A stretch of 20,000 bases of DNA from IMG/VR virus record IMGVR_UViG_3300024239_000354, one strand, 5' to 3'. Shown piece after piece: positions 6,337-14,642 of this stretch (the stretch's first letter is position 1; every line of letters starts with the position of its first letter). The position numbers were made by a program, and so were the translations under genes. The notes below the pieces were generated by a model. That model was not told the DNA's origin. It searched no databases and saw only the letters and a program-made list of their open reading frames with translations. Origin of the DNA: an uncultured virus (IMG/VR IMGVR_UViG_3300024239_000354). Lineage: Duplodnaviria > Heunggongvirae > Uroviricota > Caudoviricetes.

Positions 6337-8253
6337 TCATGCGAGTTTGAGCCTTGTAACTTCGTGGCGGTTTACCACGAAGATTCCACTTACATGCCCC
6401 TGGTCATATGCCGGGAACAAATGATCACCCGCTTTCACGAACGGTTCCGTGTCAGGAAATTCTTTCGTCACGGCGGGTACACCATTACTTAGCTCGACCC
6501 GGACAATACCATCATCCGTCGATGCCATCAAGAAATTTTTCACAACTTTTCCGGAATTGTCGCGAATCGCTACCGCACACTTTCCGCGCAAAGTGCCCAG
6601 CCACGTTCCATCGCCATCTTCAGTTTCGTCCTGCCCGATCAGTTTACCGCTATCGGACACCACGAAGACCTTGTTGATGGTGCGACCACCGGTCTGCGCT
6701 TTCACGAAAAACCAGCAAAGGTCGTCCGAGAAAGCACAATCCGCGTCGATGATCTGACCCTGGATCGGGGGCAGGTTCACCGTATTGTTCAGCACACCGT
6801 TGATCGTGGGAAACACGAAGGCGCCATAGAAGTCGCCCGCACGGTAGTAACCGAAACCGAACTTTTCACCCGTCCAGAACTGGGTCTGTCCTTTCAGGAC
6901 ATCACCGACTTTTTCCGGGTAGCCGAGGCGGCTATCGCGCATCAGCACGCCATCCTCGATCCACAGACGGGTGTTGCCCGTGCCGCCGATCACCGGGGTA
7001 TTCCCCAGACGGTCCACCGACTTGCGTTCCGGCGGGTTGCTCGGGTCCAAGGTGATCATGTTCGCGCCGCGTCCAATGATGGTGCGGTCGCCATTGATGC
7101 GGTACCGCATGCCGTTCTCGGGCGTACCACCGGTCACCGACATATCCCCATCACGGCGGAAATCGGCGCCATCGTGGTACAACCAGCGCAGCTTGCCGTT
7201 CTGAACCGACGCATAGAGGATCGTGCCGGTGGTTTTGAACACCGTCGTGGCAGTAACAGTACCCCGAATGCGGACAGTCTGGACGACTTTACCAATTCCT
7301 TTCTGACCACATGCCGGGCAGATGGTTTTAGCATGGACCAAACCACAATCCTTGCACGTGATCCATTCCAGTTGTTCGAGAAGAAGGCGTGGGAATTCGC
7401 CGCGCTGATCTTTCTCAAAGACCTGAACGAAGTAATGCAGCAGATCATCCGGCAGCGTATCCAACCGGTTCGCCGGTTTCGGATATTGGACTTCCGGGTG
7501 GAAGACTGTAATCCGATTCAGCGGACGCCGATCATTGCCCATTTTCTTGGTTTTGTCGGCGGGTTTGTACACACCACCATAGGGACCAACGAAGAGAAGT
7601 GACTGAAACAGCATCACGTTGTACGCATACCAGTCCGAAAGGCTATTATGCGGCTTCACCAACATCATTTTGTCGGGAGCGCACAACACCGGGTCCACGA
7701 ATTTTGCCGTGAACACATGGCACTGGTAGGGACCGAACTGCATGGAATCGGCGTCGATGAAGAACGCATCGGTGCCGACGACCATTACGTTGAGATCGTT
7801 GAAGTCACCGATCACCACACCGGACTTGTGGATACCGGAAATGGTGGTGTGCATGTTCAAGAAAATCTTGTTGATGTTCGGCTGGGGAACGTTCTGCCGG
7901 AATTGGCGTTCGCCATAACGCAGCAGCACTTCACCCTTCGCCAGGAAGTCCATGACGTAGCCGACAATCGGACCCTTGGGGTCCAAGACCAGCGGATGAC
8001 CTTTGGAATTGGGCGCGACGACGTTCAGCGGAAGGTTCTGCGGGAACGCCGGAAGCTTCAGTTGATGCTCCGCAATGCGGGCAATCGCAGCGTCCTTTTC
8101 CGGTTGGGTCAAGAGATCGGGGTGATGCGGACCCTTGAATACTTTGGCAACGGTGCCGTTACCCAAGTCATAAACGTCCGCCTCACCACCTTTACCAATG
8201 GCATTGGTCGGGTCCAATTTCAGCTTCTTGCCGCCAATGACGACCGTAGCCAT
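6337..8253 (-). CDS. Ser/Thr protein kinase, YegI/TerY-P-like, with Zn ribbon and beta-rich C-terminal domain
   Basis: G-loop GKGGEADVY, VAK lysine, catalytic loop VIGDFNDLNVMV and IDADS in place of DFG (YegI-like). CKDC...CPAC zinc ribbon. Start chosen at ATG 8253 after a GGGA SD. Confidence 0.85.
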   Translation of the reverse strand: MATVVIGGKKLKLDPTNAIGKGGEADVYDLGNGTVAKVFKGPHHPDLLTQPEKDAAIARIAEHQLKLPAFPQNLPLNVVAPNSKGHPLVLDPKGPIVGYVMDFLAKGEVLLRYGERQFRQNVPQPNINKIFLNMHTTISGIHKSGVVIGDFNDLNVMVVGTDAFFIDADSMQFGPYQCHVFTAKFVDPVLCAPDKMMLVKPHNSLSDWYAYNVMLFQSLLFVGPYGGVYKPADKTKKMGNDRRPLNRITVFHPEVQYPKPANRLDTLPDDLLHYFVQVFEKDQRGEFPRLLLEQLEWITCKDCGLVHAKTICPACGQKGIGKVVQTVRIRGTVTATTVFKTTGTILYASVQNGKLRWLYHDGADFRRDGDMSVTGGTPENGMRYRINGDRTIIGRGANMITLDPSNPPERKSVDRLGNTPVIGGTGNTRLWIEDGVLMRDSRLGYPEKVGDVLKGQTQFWTGEKFGFGYYRAGDFYGAFVFPTINGVLNNTVNLPPIQGQIIDADCAFSDDLCWFFVKAQTGGRTINKVFVVSDSGKLIGQDETEDGDGTWLGTLRGKCAVAIRDNSGKVVKNFLMASTDDGIVRVELSNGVPAVTKEFPDTEPFVKAGDHLFPAYDQGHVSGIFVVNRHEVTRLKLA

Positions 8254-8310
8254 TTGCAAGTTCCCCTTGTGTTGCATCTACTACACCGATGCAATAGCTG
8301 TGAGTTACGA

Positions 8311-8339
8311 AGAGTATCAGGCAGACTCAGGGTTGTCAA
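8311..8339 (-). promoter_or_regulatory. Sigma70-type promoter for the kinase operon
   Basis: TTGACA-N17-TACTCT, embedded in the 3' end of the Pth2 gene. Confidence 0.7.
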
Positions 8340-8742
8340 CCCGTAGAAAGTCAGAATCCTTCAGTAATTGTAGACGCTTTACTATTGGGTCTGCTTCACG
8401 TTTGGTCGTCGGACCCAACCCAAGCATGGTGACGGTGCCGGGGTCAATGCAGGTACGCCCGGCATCCTGAACCATGTAATAGGGAATGCCGAGTTCTTCC
8501 GCTTTGGTAATAGCCTTCTCGATCACTTCGAGATTCTTTGCCCGGAGCGCGACCTTCCCTTGCCCATCATGGTTCACATACGTTTCGGCGCGAACCGGGT
8601 CGGTTTTGAAGCATTTGTACCATGCGTTGAGAATGGCATGCCCGGCTTGACCCAACGCCTTGCTCAGCGTCATGCCAGGAATATCCGTGCGAACCAGCAT
8701 GTACATGCGCGGTTCGTCATCCACATTGAAATCGGTAGCCAT
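8317..8742 (-). CDS. Peptidyl-tRNA hydrolase, Pth2 (archaeal/eukaryotic-type) family
   Basis: MYMLVRTDI.GMT.SKALGQAGHA...GQGKVAL...VQDAGRT.IDPGTVT.LGLGP signature. ATG 8742 lies 1 nt after the upstream TAA. Confidence 0.9.
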   Translation of the reverse strand: MATDFNVDDEPRMYMLVRTDIPGMTLSKALGQAGHAILNAWYKCFKTDPVRAETYVNHDGQGKVALRAKNLEVIEKAITKAEELGIPYYMVQDAGRTCIDPGTVTMLGLGPTTKREADPIVKRLQLLKDSDFLRVDNPESA

Positions 8743-8743
8743 T

Positions 8744-9031
8744 TTAAACCTTCGTCTTTCTCCACGCCTCGAAGGCGTCGGCGTCAATCTCTAACGCAAA
8801 GAACACATCGCAGTCCAGGCATTCATTCTCGTCTTCATGACCGACGAAATTGAATTCCCACCGACCCTTGCAGTTCTCGTTGAGCCATGCGCCATATTCG
8901 GTTTCATTCAAGTCCCAGGCAGCGGTGACGGTATCGCGCCCATTACGACGGATGCCTTTCTAGCACGGCGGGATTTTGGGGAGCCGAACGGTTCGGGACC
9001 ACCAGACGCAGCCGATAATTGCCATACCCAT
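8744..9031 (-). pseudogene. 95-codon phage gene interrupted by one in-frame TAG (pseudogene or amber read-through gene)
   Basis: Manual translation: MGMAIIGCVWWSRTVRLPKIPPC*KGIRRNGRDTVTAAWDLNETEYGAWLNENCKGRWEFNFVGHEDENECLDCDVFFALEIDADAFEAWRKTKV. Fills the PP2C-Pth2 gap exactly; TAG at 8960-8962. Confidence 0.65.
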
Positions 9032-9033
9032 GT

Positions 9034-9975
9034 TTAGGGCATCCGACGACAAGAAATCAGCGTCGAATCGTCATGCAATATGCCATGCTTCTTGACGATG
9101 GCGACGTTATCGCGGTCGATCCGGTACTTGCTTTCGTTCAGTAAGTTCAGGCGCCGTTGAGCTTTCGGACTCACCCGCAGAATCTCGCCATTCTCGCCCT
9201 TCGCCAGCATCATGTTTTCGTGCCAGAACTGCGCCAGGGAGCCGACCGTATCACCACCGGCAGCCTTCAATTCGGCTTTCTCGATGATATCGGTGCAGCC
9301 ATCGGTACCGACCAACAGGCTCTCCACCTCGGCGGTCGGAATGCTCTTCTGCACGGTGAAGCGCAGAAGGTCCGGGTTCGTGGTGTCGAGCGCAGTGCCG
9401 GTGAGCGCGTAGGTCATGTAGACCGGGCGATTACCTTCCATCGGCGGAATAACCGTCACTTCGCCATTGAGGGCGAATACGCCGTCACCCAGCGAGAAAA
9501 TGTGGGTCATTTCCGGCGTCATCACGAACCCGACCACCGTAAACAGCAGGCAGTCCGATATCAACGCCTTCATTTCGTCGCTCGGACCCATGGCACCCAC
9601 AAGTTCATTGATGTAGTGCAGGGTCGCCGTGCGTGCCCATTCCAGATGCTCGGTGAATGGGATGGTTTCTGTCCGGGTGGGGATGTCCACCTCGTTACGC
9701 CATTCAACGAACGTTTTCTCACGCACCGGGACTTGGCGCGTCTGAACCTGATGCAGGGCGTAGAATAGTTTGTTCGCGATGATCCGCGAACCCAGCCGCG
9801 AGCCGAGTTCCGAGTGCCCGCCTGACCCACACCCATCGCTTACGATACCGACGATGCACGTGTCATCGAAGCGCAGCGAGTAGGCGTCTTGGTTGTTATG
9901 AAACCCCGGCTGATCCGGTTTGATATGCTCGGTACCCGCGATGGACGCGGGGGCAAATCGAAACTGGTTCAACAT
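9034..9975 (-). CDS. PP2C-family protein phosphatase (YegK/PphC-like)
   Basis: GTEH...NNQDA, GIVSDGCGS, SELGS, SLGDG, LVGTDG and DDSTL motifs. AGGA SD before ATG 9975; ATG 10023 could be a leaderless start. Confidence 0.88.
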   Translation of the reverse strand: MLNQFRFAPASIAGTEHIKPDQPGFHNNQDAYSLRFDDTCIVGIVSDGCGSGGHSELGSRLGSRIIANKLFYALHQVQTRQVPVREKTFVEWRNEVDIPTRTETIPFTEHLEWARTATLHYINELVGAMGPSDEMKALISDCLLFTVVGFVMTPEMTHIFSLGDGVFALNGEVTVIPPMEGNRPVYMTYALTGTALDTTNPDLLRFTVQKSIPTAEVESLLVGTDGCTDIIEKAELKAAGGDTVGSLAQFWHENMMLAKGENGEILRVSPKAQRRLNLLNESKYRIDRDNVAIVKKHGILHDDSTLISCRRMP

Positions 9976-10031
9976 GATCGGGCTTCCTGTGATGCTTCGA
10001 TGGGATGCTACCTTAAGCAGCATTTTAAAAA

Positions 10032-10060
10032 GTATTAGATAAATATCCCAGGGTTGTCAA
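10032..10060 (-). promoter_or_regulatory. Sigma70-type promoter for the phosphatase operon
   Basis: TTGACA-N17-TAATAC; shares TTGACAACCCTG with the kinase promoter. Confidence 0.6.
10038..10045 (+). promoter_or_regulatory. Putative late promoter (GATAAATA) for the structural genes
   Basis: One mismatch to T4 late TATAAATA, about 57 nt upstream of ATG 10103. TAAATA cores also precede the genes at 2367, 13828, 16623 and 18650. Confidence 0.5.
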
Positions 10061-10102
10061 GCCTCCTGAATGTAAATTTAGGGCGGGAAACAGGAGAATA
10101 AT

Positions 10103-11908
10103 ATGTCGGACGTGAAAAAGTTTGGTCAATCGGGCGTCGGGTCGGACGTTCAGTTTGGCAAAAAAGGTCCGCGCCTTATTGCGGACACCGGGACAATCAA
10201 AGTTACGGGTTCGGATGGAACCACTTTGACCACGGTGCAGGGTGCTGATGGTGTGTCGCCTAATGATTTTGTCACTGTACAACAAATATCCAGTGGAAGT
10301 GTGGTTGACGGTGCTGCGATTCCACTAGGTAACCCTACTGATGGTTCTTTGACTGATGGTGCGATTACACTTTCGAATACCATCAAGGTAACTGATGCAA
10401 TTGATCGAATGAATGAAGTTCTTGGACTTTTAATTCCTGCCGCCCCGCCAACGTGGCCAAATGGTTCGGCGTTTACTGTGACCGGGGCACAAAGTTTTGA
10501 AGTAGCATCTGGTACCCTGACTGACAATACGGGTGCGGGTGTTCCAACTTCAGGTAATACCGTCAGTGTTGTTTATAATGCATCAGTATCCACAAGTGTC
10601 GTCGGTGGTTCGGGTGCTGCTGGGGCGGGTCCGGGTACCAGCGGTACAATGGCTGCGTTGTTGAACGGAACTGCGATTGGTTCCCGCACTCTGACTGTTG
10701 GTAGTGATAATGGTACCTACGGTAAACTGGTTCTCAGCGGTAATGTTGATTATCCGTCTGACAAACCCGGTTTCTGGGAAGTAATTCAGGCGCAAATTTC
10801 CGGTGCGACTGCCCTTTCTGGCTATAATAAAGTCCAAATTACGCACACTGACGCTCAGAATACTGCTGAAGTGTTCTTCTTATACGATAATGTGTTGTCT
10901 GGTAATGCGTCGGTAGCCTCGCCGTCTGTTACCGTTGGTACCGGTTCCACTGCGATGTCCTCGGGTATTCCACACTATGTGAATGGTGCAACCGTCAATG
11001 TTTCTGGTACAGCAAACAACCTTGCTGGTCTGTCCTATCGCAAGACCGCGTTGCTGTCGGTTGATGGTATTGCGGAAGGTACTGACTACGTGGCGATAGC
11101 GTCACAGACCGACTACAATGCCGGTCAGGTCAGCATTCCAAACCCATTGCCTCAGGGTGCTACCGGTGTTGCATTCTCCAACGCAGCCCTAACCCTTGCT
11201 GATACCCACTCGTTGGGTCACGCACGTGTTCGCGCTCGTAATCCGAATGGCGGTAGCTTTGTGGATATTTCTTCCCCGAAGATTCTCGTTATGGGTACCG
11301 CTTCGACTTCTCGGATAGACGAAGACAACATTCTCGTGAACGGAGAACTGGGGTCATCCCCGGTCAGTGCCAATGCTGCTCGCATTGTGATGATTGATGG
11401 TGATACTCCGAATGCGACTTTCACTGGCACTACCACCGACTGGAATGCTTCTGCTATTGATGCCCATGATGCTGTTGTGGTCGGCGGTGTCCTGAAGCAT
11501 GACACGACAAATTACAGCACTGGTTATCTACCGAGTGGACCTGACTATTCGTCTAAGAATGCCAACCAGTACATCACGTTCATGTTCCGGCGTACTCCGG
11601 TGTCGAAATTTGATATCAGCATCACTGGTACTATTGCTGGTTGCTGGGTCAAACTTCCGGGCGTGACCAACGCGACGTACACCGCGAATAATGAATGGCG
11701 TAATCTGAACTTGGCTTATGGCAACGGTTATGGTTGCGCTCTCGGCGCAGTTATCCCGGTGGGTACTGCGATTTCCAGTGGTCGCTACACCTGTACGTTC
11801 GGACTTGATAGCTCGGCAAACTCCACTAACAACATCGTGTTGGTACGGTTGAAGCTGACTACTGGTCAGAAAGTTACCGCTTTGTCGTTCCGTGGCGCGT
11901 CTAACTAA
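10103..11908 (+). CDS. Putative virion structural protein (tail/baseplate-type, G/T/S/A-rich)
   Basis: 601 aa with beta-rich, low-charge composition; LGNPTDGSL..GA...DAID.MNEVL motif reminiscent of large-phage structural proteins; GGAG SD. Confidence 0.6.
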   Translation: MSDVKKFGQSGVGSDVQFGKKGPRLIADTGTIKVTGSDGTTLTTVQGADGVSPNDFVTVQQISSGSVVDGAAIPLGNPTDGSLTDGAITLSNTIKVTDAIDRMNEVLGLLIPAAPPTWPNGSAFTVTGAQSFEVASGTLTDNTGAGVPTSGNTVSVVYNASVSTSVVGGSGAAGAGPGTSGTMAALLNGTAIGSRTLTVGSDNGTYGKLVLSGNVDYPSDKPGFWEVIQAQISGATALSGYNKVQITHTDAQNTAEVFFLYDNVLSGNASVASPSVTVGTGSTAMSSGIPHYVNGATVNVSGTANNLAGLSYRKTALLSVDGIAEGTDYVAIASQTDYNAGQVSIPNPLPQGATGVAFSNAALTLADTHSLGHARVRARNPNGGSFVDISSPKILVMGTASTSRIDEDNILVNGELGSSPVSANAARIVMIDGDTPNATFTGTTTDWNASAIDAHDAVVVGGVLKHDTTNYSTGYLPSGPDYSSKNANQYITFMFRRTPVSKFDISITGTIAGCWVKLPGVTNATYTANNEWRNLNLAYGNGYGCALGAVIPVGTAISSGRYTCTFGLDSSANSTNNIVLVRLKLTTGQKVTALSFRGASN

Positions 11909-11919
11909 GGAGAAAGTCA

Positions 11920-12975
11920 ATGGCTATTACTGATACACAAAAAGTTGACTTTCTCTGGAAGAAAATCGGTTTTGGTGTCACCAAAACCGATACTGCCACT
12001 GCAAAGTCGGGCACTAATGAAAAATATGCGAGTGCTGTGCCGACCTATGCTCATGATATTTGGGCACAGGCATCGAGCATTCCCACGACCCCGCCAGCTT
12101 CCTCAACTAGTGTAGTGGAAGTTCGTACCGGTGCTAGTGCGGTGACTGCCACCCACGATGCCACTTCAACTGCGGGGCGTACATGGGTAACTGGGATTAA
12201 TGATTGGATTCCGGATACTTTCGGTGCAACTCCAAATCAATATGCGGTAAAGGTATGGGTTACTTCGGTCGGTGGTACTCGTTTGTACCCAGACGGTTCC
12301 GGATCAGATGATCAATGGTATTTTGATTACGTGTCGGGTATCCTACACTTTATTGGTCCAAATCTTCCAACCGGTATCAATGCATCATCGATAATTAAGA
12401 TCGAAGGGTATACCTACAAAGGCAACAAGGGACTTGTTGGTGCTGGTGCAGGGTCTTCAACCAAGTTCTTTGCTGATATTTCCGCACGTGATGTAGATAC
12501 CGCCGTCGTTGCGGGTGATCTTGCTCTAGTAGCGGATAATGGTGATGGGGAATACGCGGTTTATATTGCCAATGCAGATGGACCAACGAACAATTGGACA
12601 TTGATTTCAACCAAGGACTCGTCCGAAACTGACGCTAAGACGCTAACAGCAACAGTCGATGTCAACAGTGCAAGTCCACTTACTCTAGGAAACATTAGTG
12701 GGACTAAGCGCCCGGTGTCGGTCGTCGTAGAAGTGATTACCCCATTCACTGCGATTGGTGGTACTGCATCGTCTGCCGTTCTTGCCATTGGTGATGCGGT
12801 TTCTGTAGATCGGTTAATGAGTGGTACTGAAAATGATCTTACTGAAGTGGGATCGTATATGGTAGTTCCGACCTATGTATATCCGTCCAGTACCACGGAC
12901 ACTGATTTACTGGCAACTTTAACGGTGGGTGATGCTATCTCCGGGTTGGCAACTTTAACGGTAACGTTTGCTTAA
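11920..12975 (+). CDS. Putative virion structural protein
   Basis: N-terminus MAITDTQKVDFLWKKIGFGVTKTD and WYFDYVSGILHFIG...IEGYTYKG, reminiscent of large-phage structural proteins; AAGGAG SD; directly follows the 10103 gene. Confidence 0.6.
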   Translation: MAITDTQKVDFLWKKIGFGVTKTDTATAKSGTNEKYASAVPTYAHDIWAQASSIPTTPPASSTSVVEVRTGASAVTATHDATSTAGRTWVTGINDWIPDTFGATPNQYAVKVWVTSVGGTRLYPDGSGSDDQWYFDYVSGILHFIGPNLPTGINASSIIKIEGYTYKGNKGLVGAGAGSSTKFFADISARDVDTAVVAGDLALVADNGDGEYAVYIANADGPTNNWTLISTKDSSETDAKTLTATVDVNSASPLTLGNISGTKRPVSVVVEVITPFTAIGGTASSAVLAIGDAVSVDRLMSGTENDLTEVGSYMVVPTYVYPSSTTDTDLLATLTVGDAISGLATLTVTFA

Positions 12976-13006
12976 TAAGAAAGGGGGCAATTGCCCCCTT
13001 TCTTAT
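12975..13006. terminator. Bidirectional intrinsic terminator
   Basis: Perfect 32-bp palindrome ATAAGAAAGGGGGCAATTGCCCCCTTTCTTAT between convergent genes. Confidence 0.9.
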
Positions 13007-13344
13007 ACTTGCCCGGCGAGGTTTAATGCTGCTAATGCGATGGCGTGTTCGAGAGTCATTCCGAGGGAGTAATCCTTCCCCACCCCATCTTTGGTAAACG
13101 CGCATCGAAACCGCGTTTCACCATCTTTAATCACAGAACTATAATTGCAGAAAAAACCTTTGTGTTGGAGAAATTCTACCAACATATGGGCATGTTCCAT
13201 TCGTGTGGAATAATGCGGAAGTAAACCGGGACGCTTGGACCGAGGACTGACGACTTTATATTCGCCATCATTGTTATCCATAATGATCATGACCTTAATG
13301 ATTCGTTTTCCAATTTCAAGGTCAAGCTCTCTGCCCGGCTGCAT
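13003..13344 (-). CDS. Phage ABA-sandwich-domain-like protein
   Basis: GRELDLEI...LPHYST....A..LVE...TLEHAIALAAL pattern. ATG 13344 lies 2 nt after the rpsU stop. Confidence 0.6.
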   Translation of the reverse strand: MQPGRELDLEIGKRIIKVMIIMDNNDGEYKVVSPRSKRPGLLPHYSTRMEHAHMLVEFLQHKGFFCNYSSVIKDGETRFRCAFTKDGVGKDYSLGMTLEHAIALAALNLAGQV

Positions 13345-13346
13345 GA

Positions 13347-13574
13347 TTACCACTGCTCGATGGTTTCTGCCTTGCGGCGCCAACGACGAACGGCTTCTGC
13401 CTTCTTACGGCGACGAATTTCAGACGGTTTCTCGTATTCCATACGGCGACGAACTTCGCGTAGGATACCTTCATTGGCCATCTTCTTTTTAAGAATTTTC
13501 AGAGCCTTCTCGACATTACCGTCACGCACATCAACGGTCAGACCCTTACCAAACGGCGGCTTCTCGTAGGACAT
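13347..13574 (-). CDS. rpsU: Ribosomal protein bS21
   Basis: [47 protein letters not shown], resembling alphaproteobacterial S21. Confidence 0.93.
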   Translation of the reverse strand: MSYEKPPFGKGLTVDVRDGNVEKALKILKKKMANEGILREVRRRMEYEKPSEIRRRKKAEAVRRWRRKAETIEQW

Positions 13575-13579
13575 CTATA

Positions 13580-13828
13580 TTACTCACTTTTACTAGTTTT
13601 AATGGTTGGTGTTCTTGGTTTGTTCTCTTGCGGAGTTTTCCGCTTACGAGCCGGGGGTTCGTCCTCACCAGACACCGCAAGCAGTCTCTCCAAATCACGG
13701 ATCGTGGATGATTGAGATTCAACAGTATCAACCAACTCATTAATCCGAGCTTCCATTTTAACCATTAACGACAACATGCCGTCAACTTTTTTCTTTAAGT
13801 AAATCACTTCATTCGGATGGACTTCCAT
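13580..13828 (-). CDS. Hypothetical coiled-coil protein with basic tail
   Basis: GGAGGA-like SD (GGAGAAC) and a TAAATA motif upstream; heptad-like N-terminal half. Confidence 0.65.
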   Translation of the reverse strand: MEVHPNEVIYLKKKVDGMLSLMVKMEARINELVDTVESQSSTIRDLERLLAVSGEDEPPARKRKTPQENKPRTPTIKTSKSE

Positions 13829-13867
13829 AGTTCCTCCAAAGTTTAAATCCGGTGTTTTCTATTTAGC

Positions 13868-13895
13868 AAAAAGAAAACCGGGCTTTCGCCCGGTT
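13868..13895 (-). terminator. Intrinsic terminator after the CYTH gene
   Basis: AACCGGGC-GAAA-GCCCGGTT followed by TTCTTTTT on the minus strand. Confidence 0.85.
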
Positions 13896-13912
13896 CTTTA
13901 ACTTGTAGACTA

Positions 13913-14632
13913 TTAAGTCATACTGCGACCTTTATCGACAGTGCCATTGTAAATGCGTGCGAGCATTTTTTCGGCATAGGCGCGATCAGCGAGTTTCTTA
14001 TTGGTGAAACGGCTATCGTTTTTGTGAACCTTGTAGATCACGTATTTATCCACAAGCGGTAGCACGACCGGCGGTTCTTCCATGTCCTCCGTGGGCATTT
14101 CCGCTTCGGACATAGACCAGTAGATATGGTGATCTTGGATTAGGAAATCGCTGTCCCAGGTGATATCGTGTTCATCAAGGAATTTGAAGCGTTCCTTACA
14201 AACAAGATTGCGACCTTTCGCCCACCATTGCTCGAACACCGGAACATCGACCGCAGTTTTGCTTTCGATCTCAACCAGTTTTCCATCCACGTCCCGCTTG
14301 TACGTGAAGTAGCGTTCGATGTCGGTTGGGTTGCTGGACACGCGCAGGCGGGCCCCATCATTCGGAAGAAGAATGGTATGTCCGTTTTTGGGCGTAGTGG
14401 GTACGAGAGAAATGAGTCGCGCGAAATCTTCCTCGCTAATCGGCAATTCAAATGAGTGCCCATCCTTGTGATATGTGAACACTGGCACCCCGTTGTCGAG
14501 CCGTATTCCGGCTTCGCCACCGATATAGGCTTGTTGGATAGCGTGGCGTTCGCCAAACTTGGCAGCGGCATCCCGAATTTCCGTCGCGCGGCGGTTATCA
14601 AGGATGTATTTTATTTCATTTTCAATCCCCAC
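13913..14632 (-). CDS. CYTH-domain (triphosphate tunnel metalloenzyme) protein
   Basis: N-terminal IENEIKY (ExExK), IQQAYI, RLRV, KERF, WDSD and EAEM motifs; GTG start with GAGGGG SD. Confidence 0.8.
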   Translation of the reverse strand: MGIENEIKYILDNRRATEIRDAAAKFGERHAIQQAYIGGEAGIRLDNGVPVFTYHKDGHSFELPISEEDFARLISLVPTTPKNGHTILLPNDGARLRVSSNPTDIERYFTYKRDVDGKLVEIESKTAVDVPVFEQWWAKGRNLVCKERFKFLDEHDITWDSDFLIQDHHIYWSMSEAEMPTEDMEEPPVVLPLVDKYVIYKVHKNDSRFTNKKLADRAYAEKMLARIYNGTVDKGRSMT

Positions 14633-14642
14633 CGTATCCCCC

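Noticed and set aside
8837..9037. 66-aa plus-strand ORF in the PP2C-Pth2 gap
   Set aside because: Opposite to the operon direction. The minus-strand TAG-interrupted frame fits both neighbours exactly and has a motif shared with another gene in the window.
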